Source of the DNA: Candidatus Methanoxibalbensis ujae
GTDB lineage: Archaea > Halobacteriota > Syntropharchaeia > Alkanophagales > Methanospirareceae
DNA length: 42,241 nt
Reading direction: 5' to 3'
Assembly (NCBI GenBank): GCA_026134085.1
Contig: JAOQIN010000014.1
Span: 1 to 42,241 of the forward strand
Positions 1 through 9,443 of the stretch are shown piece after piece (position 1 is the stretch's first letter; the number at the start of each line of letters is the position of its first letter). Under the pieces are notes generated by a model, which made no database searches, was not told the DNA's origin, and was given only the letters and a program-made list of their open reading frames with translations. Made by a program: the position numbers and the translations under genes.

Positions 1-551
1 GTCATGTCATCCGCAGTAAGAGGCAGTGAAATCAGGTTCCATCCCTCAACGAGCTCCTTGCTGAATGTCTCCTGCGGTGCAGTGCATGTGAAATTGCCGT
101 CTATCCATGTCGCATCCCACTCATGACCTTCCCAGTTGCCTATTGCACGATTTTCGTGGTGTAATGTGCTTGTCCCTGGGTTTATTGCCACTATTGTAAG
201 ATTCGCCAGCAACATAAGTCCTGTATGATCCATATAATCGTAGCTCCAGGAGCCTATCCTCACGAAACCTTGATCCCAATAGGGAAAGAATGACCACATC
301 TCCGTATAAACATCTCCGGGTTCCGCATTTGTTATATTGAGCACTTCTGGATCATAGTGAATATCGTCATTCCAAGCAGCAACGCCATCAGTGCAATTAA
401 TCCACAATCCTACATGTATCGTCTCGCCGGGTGCTGCACAGCTAGGGTCTGGATCAAAGAATATCACGTTGTCTGCCGCAGCATTCGCTGTGAATGCCGC
501 AAGTATTGCCAGTATTATTCCCACCACGAACACTATTCTCCTTCTATTCAT
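1..551 (-). CDS. Secreted cohesin-domain surface protein, 5' part only (continues beyond the left edge; absent from the ORF track)
   Basis: Manual translation from ATG at 551 with an AGGAGGTGA SD upstream: MNRRRIVFVVGIILAILAAFTANAAADNVIFFDPDPSCAAPGETIHVGLWINCTDGVAAWNDDIHYDPEVLNITNAEPGD...GLMLLANLTIVAINPGTSTL...ELVEGWNLISLP. Signal peptide followed by the cohesin pattern (PGETxxV, YDPxVL, LANLT, PGTSxL); frame is open to the edge. Confidence 0.75.
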   Translation of the reverse strand, partial: MNRRRIVFVVGIILAILAAFTANAAADNVIFFDPDPSCAAPGETIHVGLWINCTDGVAAWNDDIHYDPEVLNITNAEPGDVYTEMWSFFPYWDQGFVRIGSWSYDYMDHTGLMLLANLTIVAINPGTSTLHHENRAIGNWEGHEWDATWIDGNFTCTAPQETFSKELVEGWNLISLPLTADDM

Positions 552-713
552 TCTCTTTCACCTCCTAATTATTTTTTCTACACACTTCATCTCACATCTC
601 CTCCTCTACTCTCCTTTTTCCTCTCCCATTCCGTTCCTTTTCGCATATCCCCTGAAAAAAGAAAAAAGGGGGAAATTTTCAACTTTTTATTTTCTTCGCT
701 TCCCTGCGCTGCT

Positions 714-3700
714 TTAGACATTGCAACCCTCGCAGCAGTCCANNNNNNNNNNNNNNNNNNNNNNNNNNNNNNNNNNNNNNNNNNNNNNNNNNNNNNNNNN
801 NNNNNNNNNNNNNNNNNNNNNNNNNNNNNNNNNNNNNNNNNNGAGTAGCTCCAGCACCCCAATAGTTTCTTACCGCCAATGCATCTACCATGTTAATAAC
901 GCCATTACAGTTAACATCAGCAGCCCATAGATTGCAGAGAGTAGCTCCAGCACCCCAATAGTTTCTTACCGCCAATGCATCTACCATGTTAATAACGCCA
1001 TTACAGTTAACATCACCACACAACGCCTTTATCAGCGGATGGCTGTCGTATCCCATGTGTGGCAGCAAAGTATCACCGAGCAGGTCGTTATTGCTGTCTG
1101 TTCCCGTGTAGTTGAGCCAGAAGTTACCGCCGTAGAACGGACCGTGAACGACATTACCGCACTTCGGATTTTCCACCGCCACCTTATCCACGAAATACCA
1201 GTTCAGTCTCCCAAGTTGCACTTTGTTGGAAGTGTCGTTTATGATGTTGTTGAACACCAGATTCGGATCGCCGCCGAAGACGGTCTTCCCCGGGCTCCAG
1301 CCGCCGACACCTGTGACTGTGAAGTTGTTATCTCGTATCGTGTTGTTGCTCGCTTTTGCATCATGTATGCCCGTTGAACCAAACACGCCTCCGAGTCTGA
1401 ACCCGAAGCCCGTGTCGCCGTCAAATATGTTTTTCTGCACGATGTTGCAGTCGCCTGCGATAGCCATGAGATTGAGGCATGCTCTTCCTGCCGGGCTGTT
1501 TCCTATTCTGTTGCATCGCACAAGATTCTCCGAGCCGTAGAGTTTGATGCCGCATGAGGAGTTGTATATATAGTTGTTTTCAACGACATTCCAGTCTGAT
1601 GAGATATTAACACCTGCATGTGGGAAATTATTGTATATGGAGCCTGTCCAATCGCTCCTTATCTCAAATCCCCGCACATAACAGTTATCACCGAGTATTT
1701 TGATTACGTCTGAAGTGTTGCTGCCTGTATGAATGATGACGCCAGTGCCATTTGCAACGAGCCTTATGCCCGATTTGCCTGAAGGAATTGTTATCATTCC
1801 ATTGTAAACACCGGGATCAACAAGTATTATCGTGTCGTTTGATGCGGAATTCACTGCACTCTGGATGCTTCCTCCACTGCTTACAGTGATTATGCTCGGC
1901 GATACGACATTCACCGTCTGCGTCCTGAACCCACCGCCTTCTGCGGAGACATTCAGCGTCACGCTTCCCGCTGAATCGGGGGTCCATCGGAATGCGAGCA
2001 GTTGCGAGTCCCTGAATCTGAGCATTGGCACGAACTCATAATCAACGATTGTGCCGTTAGCGGCGAGTGATACATTTAAACCGGAGACATCTGCGCCTCT
2101 GTTCTCAACAACTGCGAACACCACATTTTCAGTGTTGTTCAGGAGGTTGCCGCTGTAAACCTCGCTCACCACGACATCAGTCGGCGGAATTGTTCCTGCA
2201 ACGACATCTTTTGTCAAAGAATTGTTTCCCTCGTCGCTCTCCGCAACTTTGTTATCGCAGTCTGCTGTGACATTTAGCGTGTAAGTCGTTGATGTTGAGG
2301 GAACCCATATGAATTTCACCTCCTCCTCTTTGCCAGCATCAAGTCCTGTGAGTTCCACCTCATCCACAACATTAATGCCATCGCTGAGCGTTACATTGAA
2401 TGTGCCTGCGCCTCCGTTGCCAACATTTTTCACCGTTGCGATGATGATGTTGTATGTGCCGCTATAAATTGTGCTGTTTTTGATGGAAGTGACGGTGAGG
2501 TCGGGTTTCTGTGGCGCTCCTGGCTTCTCAGTGATCGCATACAGAACACCTCCGTCGTTGCCGAAGAAAATGCGATCGTCTGACACCGCAACACCCTGCA
2601 GCACATATCCTCTGGAAGTGCCGTTCTCAAAGGTTTCAAAATGCCATTTGTAAGTGCCGTTCAAATACAGGCAGTAAACCCTGCCGTGATCACAGTTCGT
2701 GGTGAAGTAAAGCGTGTTGCTTGAGGTTGAGATGACAGGTGAGGACTGCACGCCCCCGTTGGGTGTGTATGTCCATTCAACACTGCCATCTGATTCGTCC
2801 AAGCAGTATAGCTTGCCGTTGTTTCCGAATCCTCCCTGCCCAACATACACCTTTCCGTTGTAAACCGCAGGAGTGGATGTTGAGTACCCGATATCAGTGC
2901 ACCACCTATCCGCCGTGTTGAATTTACCTGTGCTTTTGTTGAAGCCAAGAGCATAACAATATCCTCCCTTAGATGTGAAGTAGATATGCCCATAATCGTC
3001 TGTCGGGTCACCGGTGTTGTTCCATGTGATTGAAGAACGAATCTCTTTTGCATCTACGCCGTAAACTGCGGAGACATTAATCTCATCCGCTGTCGTTCCA
3101 TTGCACCAATACACAGATGTCAGATAGCCCGCATCATCGCCATACACAAGATAATCGCCTATCACCGCAGCACCCGCCCAGTAGTAGCCACCGCCACTCG
3201 TTGAGCTGCGACTCCAGCACTGCGTCCCGTTCTCCCAGTAGCAGTAGTATTTCTTTGGACCGTTCCAGTCGCCGAAGAATATTCTGCCCAGGCTCTCGTC
3301 CGGAGCCTTGTAGTATGTGACGGGCGTGTTCAACTGACAATCTGAGCACACGGATATTCCGTCTGAATTCACCTCTTTTGATCCAGTTGAAGCATTGAGT
3401 ATGAACAGTTTTCCTTTTGCAGTGGGCACGAACAGTCTGTTCGTCAGAGGACTGTATGCGGGGGTTGCAAGCTGAAAACTGAATGCGGGTCCCGGTTGAG
3501 TGGTGTTCTTCCACTTCAATGTCCCGTTTTCCGCATAGAACGCCCACACCTCACCGTTGCACACATGCACAAAAACAATGTCCTCTCCGCCGACATTTGC
3601 TACAATCGGCGTCACATCTATTCCAGCAAATCCCGAGCATGTTGCGGTGGTGTTGTACCATGATCTGTTGGGATTAAGAGATCCATTAGCCTTTATAGGC

Positions 3701-3867
3701 GGCAACAGCGGATTTACAACCGCCTCATCATCCGTTATCCCGCGGTTCTCATGGTCGCGCTGAAACTGTGGCCAGTCGTGCAGAGCCGCAACGACAGCGT
3801 TCATCACGATCCCCGCTGCGATGACCACCAACACGGCGAACAGCACTGCACTCTTCTTATTTTGCAT
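714..3867 (-). CDS. Secreted multidomain surface protein: PQQ-like beta-propeller, 2 CARDB/Ig-like domains, right-handed beta-helix, C-terminal dockerin
   Basis: Signal peptide; DWPQFQRD start and STPAVYNGKVYVG / SSPVIS blades (PQQ-type repeats); PDLTV...AESDEGNN (CARDB); GSIQSAVN...PGVY and NNTIRDNNF (beta-helix); twice DVNCNGVINMVDAL (dockerin). The ORF track end (679) is an artefact of the N gap; joining the gap flanks directly gives ...GATLDCCEGCNV* with TAA at 714-716. Confidence 0.85.
743..842. other. Assembly gap (100 N)
   Basis: Run of N immediately adjacent to the dockerin direct repeat. Confidence 1.
843..1015. repeat. Exact 77-bp direct repeat (843-919 and 939-1015, period 96 bp) encoding the two dockerin halves
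   Basis: gagtagctccagcaccccaatag...cagttaacatca occurs twice with no differences. Confidence 0.95.
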
Positions 3868-3917
3868 TGCGGCACACCGAAAGAATTTTTCAAATAATTA
3901 TTATTTAAAGCTTCCTC

Positions 3918-3932
3918 CAGGTATTATACCTG
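3918..3932. promoter_or_regulatory. Perfect palindrome CAGGTAT-T-ATACCTG in a divergent promoter region; putative operator
   Basis: 7-bp arms, next to an AT-rich TATA-like tract (3891-3909) between the divergent surface-protein gene and cbiB. Confidence 0.35.
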
Positions 3933-4019
3933 TAATCCTCCTGGATAATAAAGATGATAAAGCGATGAGCGGGCCTGGGAGCATGGAAGGCTTGGGAGCA
4001 TGGAAGAAGTGATGGAGAA

Positions 4020-5027
4020 ATGGAAGTGATTGTTTTTGTCATTGCATTCCTTCTTGATCTGATCTCAGGTGATCCTCCTGAGAAGGTTGACAGATATTAT
4101 CCGATAGTGTGGATAAGCCGTCTTATGTATTTTTTTGACAGAAGAACTGCGAGAGGAAATCCGCTGAAGGAGAGGGTTCTGGGCATCATATACACAGTGA
4201 TTATCCTCATACTGTTCTCGGTGCCGTGTTTTATGATCACGCTGATACCGTCTGAAATCGTGCGCATAATTGTTGAAGCATTTGTTTTGAAGATGACATT
4301 CACCGTGAAGGGAATTGAGCGGTTTGCAACAGCCGTTTTGCATGCCGAAAGTGATGAGGAGAAGCGGAAAGCGGTTCAGAAAATCGTGAGCAGGGATGTG
4401 TCATCACTTGACAATGCGCATCTGAACTCCGCAACGATAGAATCAACGGCTGAAAACCTCACGGACAGCGTCGTAGCTCCCATTTTATATTTTATGGCTT
4501 TCTCAACGCTTGGTGTCGGTGTTTTCGGCGCGATGGTTTATCGTGTGATAAACACGCTTGATGCCGTCGTCGGTTACAAAACCGAAAGATATAAGAACCT
4601 GGGCTGGTTCGCCGCCAAAACAGATGACCTGCTGAACTTCATTCCCGAGCACATTTCCGCCGCCCTCATCTTACTCTCAGGTCGCCTGCTGCGCACGCCC
4701 TCTCATTCAGCCACGCCCTCTCACTCGGCAAGCGGAAATCACGCGGTCCCATCTCATTCATCATGTGGACCATCTCATTCATCATGCGGAAGCACATCGC
4801 ATATGGCAACTGAGCAGCTGGCGCCCCCCACAATCTCGGCAATGAGCCGGGTGCTGTGTGTGAAACTTGAAAAAAAAGGTCACTACATCGTGGGATGCAA
4901 ATATAAAATGCCCGCGGACTTCCACATAAAAGAAGCAGTCAAGATAGTCAAAACGGCATCGCTTGTTTTCGCAGCCATGTCCGTCTGCTCTGTTTTGCCG
5001 TTTCTCGCTCTCAAATTTTATATTTGA
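4020..5027 (+). CDS. cbiB: Adenosylcobinamide-phosphate synthase CbiB/CobD family, divergent, with a His/Ser repeat insertion
   Basis: LDLISGDPP, IVSRD, IESTAENLTDSVVAP, YRVINTLDAVVGYK, GWFAAKTDDLLNFIP and LEKKGHY motifs; multiple hydrophobic segments. Confidence 0.9.
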   Translation: MEVIVFVIAFLLDLISGDPPEKVDRYYPIVWISRLMYFFDRRTARGNPLKERVLGIIYTVIILILFSVPCFMITLIPSEIVRIIVEAFVLKMTFTVKGIERFATAVLHAESDEEKRKAVQKIVSRDVSSLDNAHLNSATIESTAENLTDSVVAPILYFMAFSTLGVGVFGAMVYRVINTLDAVVGYKTERYKNLGWFAAKTDDLLNFIPEHISAALILLSGRLLRTPSHSATPSHSASGNHAVPSHSSCGPSHSSCGSTSHMATEQLAPPTISAMSRVLCVKLEKKGHYIVGCKYKMPADFHIKEAVKIVKTASLVFAAMSVCSVLPFLALKFYI

Positions 5028-5599
5028 TTTTGTATGATTGTGCATGACAGTGTGCATGACAGTGCAGGCGAGCGGTGAGCACGCTTATCCTCGCTTTTTG
5101 ACATCTCAGAGGCGACCCGTTTTGCATCACACACGGAGCACATGTGATCAATTTTTTGATTGAAAACTCCGCATTTGATATTTTTATTCCTGAGACAAAC
5201 GGAATATCGCTCGGATCGGATATTAAATATGTGGAGAAAATTGAAAGTTCATGTTCGCATCTATAAAAGCAGGAACTCCTGAATAAAGCGATATATGAAG
5301 GAGCGTGAGATTTCATGTGGCTGCGATGAGCCTCCGCATAATATCCCTCCGCATAATGTCTCAGGATGAAAAGGCAGCAAAGGCGGATTAAGAAAACCAA
5401 TTGACAATCCTCAAACACACTAAAATGATTGAAAATTGATATTCAATTGAATGGCCGCCTGACATATAATCTCCTTTCAAATTTCCTTTTTCACTCGCTT
5501 CTTCGTGCAGGATAAATATAATTATGCGGGCATTGATTGAGTCTTGACTTCACTGACCGGAATATTTCACGAACCGAATCCTGATGCGCTCTTCTTATA

Positions 5600-6847
5600 T
5601 TATCTCAACCCCCTCTGACATAAATCCACAACAACTCTGATTTTGTTTTCGTGATATCTCATTAATATATCATTTTTCTTCTTTTTAATTTCAACCACAT
5701 TTCTCTCAAATCCTGAATGAGCAAGAAAATTTCTTGCATCAGGTTCTCCTATCGGCTTCCCCAATACTTCATTATATATCTGCCAATTTCTGATTTCTCT
5801 TTCTTTCAGGTCTTTCTTTAAGGTATAAAGGTCATCCTCAATTCTCATTTTAAACCGCTTATCAAATTTAAACAGGTTTTCTTTCAGGTTTTCAATTTCA
5901 TCAAGTGCTACCTCTTTTTTCCGCGAAGAGATTAATTTCAGTTTCTTTAACAGTGTTGCAATTACATGGGTAAAAACACATACTTTGAAATCCTTTCCGA
6001 ATTTCACTTTCCTCGTCACTTTCAATTTATCTTCTTTTTTCACCTCCACATATTTCTCATAAGTATTCAAAACAGTGGATATGACTTCCTCTATTTTATC
6101 CTTCTCGGGGTAAAATCTGAAAAGGGCAAGAGGCAAACCGTTATACAACGCACCGATAAATGCTGAAAGCTCCAGATTATTTATTTTGATATTTTTCAAT
6201 TCATTTTTGAACAACACTTCCCTCTCTTCAGAGCTCAGGCTTACTGGCTCCAAAGGTCTTCCTTGAGAAATTTTTTCAGCAGAAGGCATTGGAATAGGAA
6301 TCGTATCTTCCACCACATTAATGAAAAGTTTATCTGCGATTGTAGGTGAAGAAGGATCTGCATTATATGCCTTAAATCTCGTTTTTTTAAAGATTGAAAA
6401 CAGCTCCAACATCTCTTTAATAGCTCTGTAAGTGAGAATGGTCTGATAATTTATACCATGTGTCAGATCCAGATGTATATCCAAATTGGAATATTCAAAA
6501 TTTAAATTTAACTTTGCAATGATATAGTGATAATAATCAAGCGCATCCCCCCGAAAGATGCCATTTGGAAATGTCCCTATTCCAGGTGCTGTTAACACCT
6601 CATAATTGCTCAACCCAAATTTATCTGCATACTCTCTTATCCTTCTTTCAGCATTCTCTCTCACTTCTTTGTAGTTTTTCCCCTCCTCCGCAAGTGTATC
6701 CAAACAGATTATGATAGTTTTATCCGGCTTTATAACCTCCTGAAGAATTTCCAATGATGTTTTTGACTTCATGTTCTTTCCATCAAATACATAAGTCACC
6801 TCTTTCCAACCACCCGGATTGCCCCATGGTGCCATCAAAATTTTCAT
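5600..6847 (-). CDS. csx1: CRISPR-associated CARF-HEPN ribonuclease Csx1
   Basis: PWGNP N-terminus, CARF motif DLTHGINY, YNADP, C-terminal HEPN motif RNFLAHSG; 4-bp overlap with cmr6. Confidence 0.92.
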   Translation of the reverse strand: MKILMAPWGNPGGWKEVTYVFDGKNMKSKTSLEILQEVIKPDKTIIICLDTLAEEGKNYKEVRENAERRIREYADKFGLSNYEVLTAPGIGTFPNGIFRGDALDYYHYIIAKLNLNFEYSNLDIHLDLTHGINYQTILTYRAIKEMLELFSIFKKTRFKAYNADPSSPTIADKLFINVVEDTIPIPMPSAEKISQGRPLEPVSLSSEEREVLFKNELKNIKINNLELSAFIGALYNGLPLALFRFYPEKDKIEEVISTVLNTYEKYVEVKKEDKLKVTRKVKFGKDFKVCVFTHVIATLLKKLKLISSRKKEVALDEIENLKENLFKFDKRFKMRIEDDLYTLKKDLKEREIRNWQIYNEVLGKPIGEPDARNFLAHSGFERNVVEIKKKKNDILMRYHENKIRVVVDLCQRGLR

Positions 6848-8109
6848 AAGTCACACCTCAAATCAAAATATCCGTATCCAGAAGATGTTTTTGCACCAAT
6901 GCCAATGTTTTCTGATGCCTCTTTCAGAAGCTCTTTTGCTTTTCCAACCGAATTTTCGTCTCTCGATGCAAGAACAAATCTGAATTTTGTTCCATTCTCA
7001 ACTGCAAGGAAAAATACAGGGACAGGGCTGTGCCAGTCACCGGGTGCTCTGTCTTTGTTCTCCTTTAATTCCCTTTCTGAAGCTCCATAGTATGGCCTGT
7101 AATGCACATTCATGACATCAAGGACAATGAAATCCCTCTCCTGATCAATAATGGGCAGGGCATCAAAAAATATAACTTCGCCTTTTTTGCCTTGAGTGCC
7201 AAAAATTTCCTGAATTTCTTCGATTTTATTACAATTTTGTTTAAAGAAGTGGTGTAATTTTTCTGAGGGCCTTATTTTCTTTTTATCTTCTTTAACCATG
7301 TATCTTTCCTGAAATTTCTCCAGAGGTAATTCCACATCCTTCTCACTTGCATTTTCCAGAATCCTTTCCACGCAACTTATTTCTTCCCAATTTTCACATT
7401 TAGCCTCCTCAAAAATTTTCAAAATTGCCCAGTGCCTCGTAACTCCTTTAACAGCACTTCCCGGAATATAGGGAATTGAGTAGTTTCTATGGAAAAGCAA
7501 TGAGGTTTCATACACGCTTGCTGCACCCAAATTTATAGCGAGACGCCAATTCAACCCCAACGCAATTTCTTCAACAGAGTAGCCCTGCATCTTTAAATCA
7601 GCTTGAATGATTTTCATGCGATTGTGAAGACTTTGATATAATTTCATATCAACGAGATTCGCCGATAGGCGTAAGTCCGCGTGAAGAAAATTTTTTAAAC
7701 TTTTTTCTATCTCTTTTTTAACATCCTTATCTTGAACATTCCTGATAATTTCAGATGCTTCCTCTGCATCACACCTCTCCAAGATTTCATCTATAACTTC
7801 ATAAAGGTATTTTTGTACTGTTCTCTTTCCTTCCCTGATGGCCACCTTGATTCTTCCTTTTCTATCTCTCAGATCTCTCAGGTTCTTAAAGCTTCTCGCT
7901 CTCTCTTCTTTCAGCAAGTAAATCTGTCGTTTTATATCCGATTGCTTCCCCTCAATCCAGTTGCCATCTTTGAAATATCCTGTAACAAATTTGTTAACAT
8001 ATTTATCAAAAACAAGATACAAATTCATTGGCACACCTCTCAAAACCTGATTATCGATCAATGCATAAGCATTGAGACTTAAATCTTTTGGTAAAATAAA
8101 TATCCTCAT
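6844..8109 (-). CDS. cmr6: Type III-B RAMP Cmr6
   Basis: RLAINLG, ETSLLFHRNYSIPYIPGSAVKG, IFGTQ, VIFFDALP, DVMNVHY, GIGAKTSSGYG loop. Confidence 0.93.
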   Translation of the reverse strand: MRIFILPKDLSLNAYALIDNQVLRGVPMNLYLVFDKYVNKFVTGYFKDGNWIEGKQSDIKRQIYLLKEERARSFKNLRDLRDRKGRIKVAIREGKRTVQKYLYEVIDEILERCDAEEASEIIRNVQDKDVKKEIEKSLKNFLHADLRLSANLVDMKLYQSLHNRMKIIQADLKMQGYSVEEIALGLNWRLAINLGAASVYETSLLFHRNYSIPYIPGSAVKGVTRHWAILKIFEEAKCENWEEISCVERILENASEKDVELPLEKFQERYMVKEDKKKIRPSEKLHHFFKQNCNKIEEIQEIFGTQGKKGEVIFFDALPIIDQERDFIVLDVMNVHYRPYYGASERELKENKDRAPGDWHSPVPVFFLAVENGTKFRFVLASRDENSVGKAKELLKEASENIGIGAKTSSGYGYFDLRCDL

Positions 8110-8486
8110 GTTTCCTCACCCTTTAGCTCGGCCTCAGCAAATCTTTTCATCCAGTTAAGTAAGGCGATAACCTCTCCGGTAACTTGAAAAACATCCATAG
8201 ATGATGCGTCTTCCACTATCCATAATAAGAATTCCTTATCACCTCTAATTCTTTTTACTTGATTCCAGTCGGCTATATGTTTATAAAGAAGTTCGTAAGC
8301 TTTTTCTCTTTTCCGTCTATTGTAGTAGAACGCAAGAGCGTTTGGCAAACCATTAGTCTGAATTAAAGTTGGTGCTTTTTTTACATACGAATTATAGTTT
8401 TTCTGTAACTCCTCACCTTCTTCCTTTACCTCTTGAATGCATTCCCAAGCATACTTTGCCCTTTCCTGTTCAAGACTTCTCAACAT
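8106..8486 (-). CDS. cmr5: Type III-B small subunit Cmr5
   Basis: LEQERAKYAW, PTLIQTNGL, LLNWMKRFAEA; 126 aa, located between cmr4 and cmr6. Confidence 0.93.
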   Translation of the reverse strand: MLRSLEQERAKYAWECIQEVKEEGEELQKNYNSYVKKAPTLIQTNGLPNALAFYYNRRKREKAYELLYKHIADWNQVKRIRGDKEFLLWIVEDASSMDVFQVTGEVIALLNWMKRFAEAELKGEET

Positions 8487-8500
8487 TTTTTATCTCCTCC

Positions 8501-9442
8501 TCAATCAGCTTCTCCTCCTTCAATCAGTTTTATCATTGCAAATCCTTTTCCAACAGTTTCATCTCCTCCCATATGCAGGATTTTTTCATCATATTTCTTG
8601 AATTCTTCAGCGATTTCTTCGGGTTTTAAATTATTTAATCTGCTTGGAATCAGAATCAAAGAATACATTATTGTGTCTGTTGGTAGGTATTCCTCGGACC
8701 ACAATCCGCCCACTTTCTTATCAACGGTTCCTGTCTTTGGATCTATTTTAATCCTCGTAACAACTTCTGTTGTCAGGGAAACCAAATCCCTGAAAACATT
8801 ATCTGAAACTATGACTAAGTCCCTTTTTAGCTTCTCTTTAATTTCTTCGTAAGCTTCATCCTCAGGTAAATTCCTGGCAATCTGCTCTGCAATTTTATCT
8901 ACATTTTCGTTCTCATCACACTTTAACTGTAGGTCTTCTATGTAAACATAATTTTCTGTTAGATTTGAGTTTTTACAGACTTCAGCTTCTTCATCACCCG
9001 ATGGTTTTGGAATTTTCCAATCAACCTCAATGCCCACTAATCCCAAATCTCTTTTGTATCTATCAAGAACCAATGGGCAGGTTATCCATCCAAACACGCC
9101 TTTCAGAGTTCTAACAGGAAAAGCAAGAATTCTCGCATCCGTTACAGATATGCCGCCAATGCCTTCTGGGCCGCCAAATATCCATCTACAGATGTCACAA
9201 ATTTCATTTCCCTTTTCATCCGGACAATTTTCACACTCATCACTTAATGCGATACCTCTGCCCTTTTTCGCACCTTTAGGTGCGTTTCTCAACACTCCCT
9301 TGAGCGAGGAGCCCTGTATAATCGGAAATTCTGTATGCCTCTCCCTCTGTATAGGCAAGTCAACCGCTCCCAATGTTGTCCCGCTTCCTGGATGTATAGG
9401 TGTCTCTGCATATATATACATCACCAAAGCTTTCTCAAACAT
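8501..9442 (-). CDS. cmr4: Type III-B backbone RNase Cmr4
   Basis: TPIHPGSG, VDLPIQRE (catalytic Asp present), GSSLKG, DARILAFPVR, LWSEEYLP, GGDETVGKG. Confidence 0.95.
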   Translation of the reverse strand: MFEKALVMYIYAETPIHPGSGTTLGAVDLPIQRERHTEFPIIQGSSLKGVLRNAPKGAKKGRGIALSDECENCPDEKGNEICDICRWIFGGPEGIGGISVTDARILAFPVRTLKGVFGWITCPLVLDRYKRDLGLVGIEVDWKIPKPSGDEEAEVCKNSNLTENYVYIEDLQLKCDENENVDKIAEQIARNLPEDEAYEEIKEKLKRDLVIVSDNVFRDLVSLTTEVVTRIKIDPKTGTVDKKVGGLWSEEYLPTDTIMYSLILIPSRLNNLKPEEIAEEFKKYDEKILHMGGDETVGKGFAMIKLIEGGEAD

Positions 9443-9443
9443 T

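Noticed and set aside
679..742. ORF-track C-terminus GLLRGLQCLKQRREAKKIKS
   Set aside because: Frame artefact of the arbitrary 100-N gap; the LDCCEGCNV* frame fits a dockerin end.
843..1015. Direct repeat near cas genes as a possible CRISPR array
   Set aside because: The 77-bp unit with 96-bp period lies in frame in a CDS and encodes dockerin halves; there are no unique spacers.
5028..5599. Possible array, leader, cas6 or ring nuclease downstream of csx1 (ORF 5011-5418)
   Set aside because: No repeat-spacer periodicity; the translations show no recognisable motif and the plus-strand frame has multiple stops.
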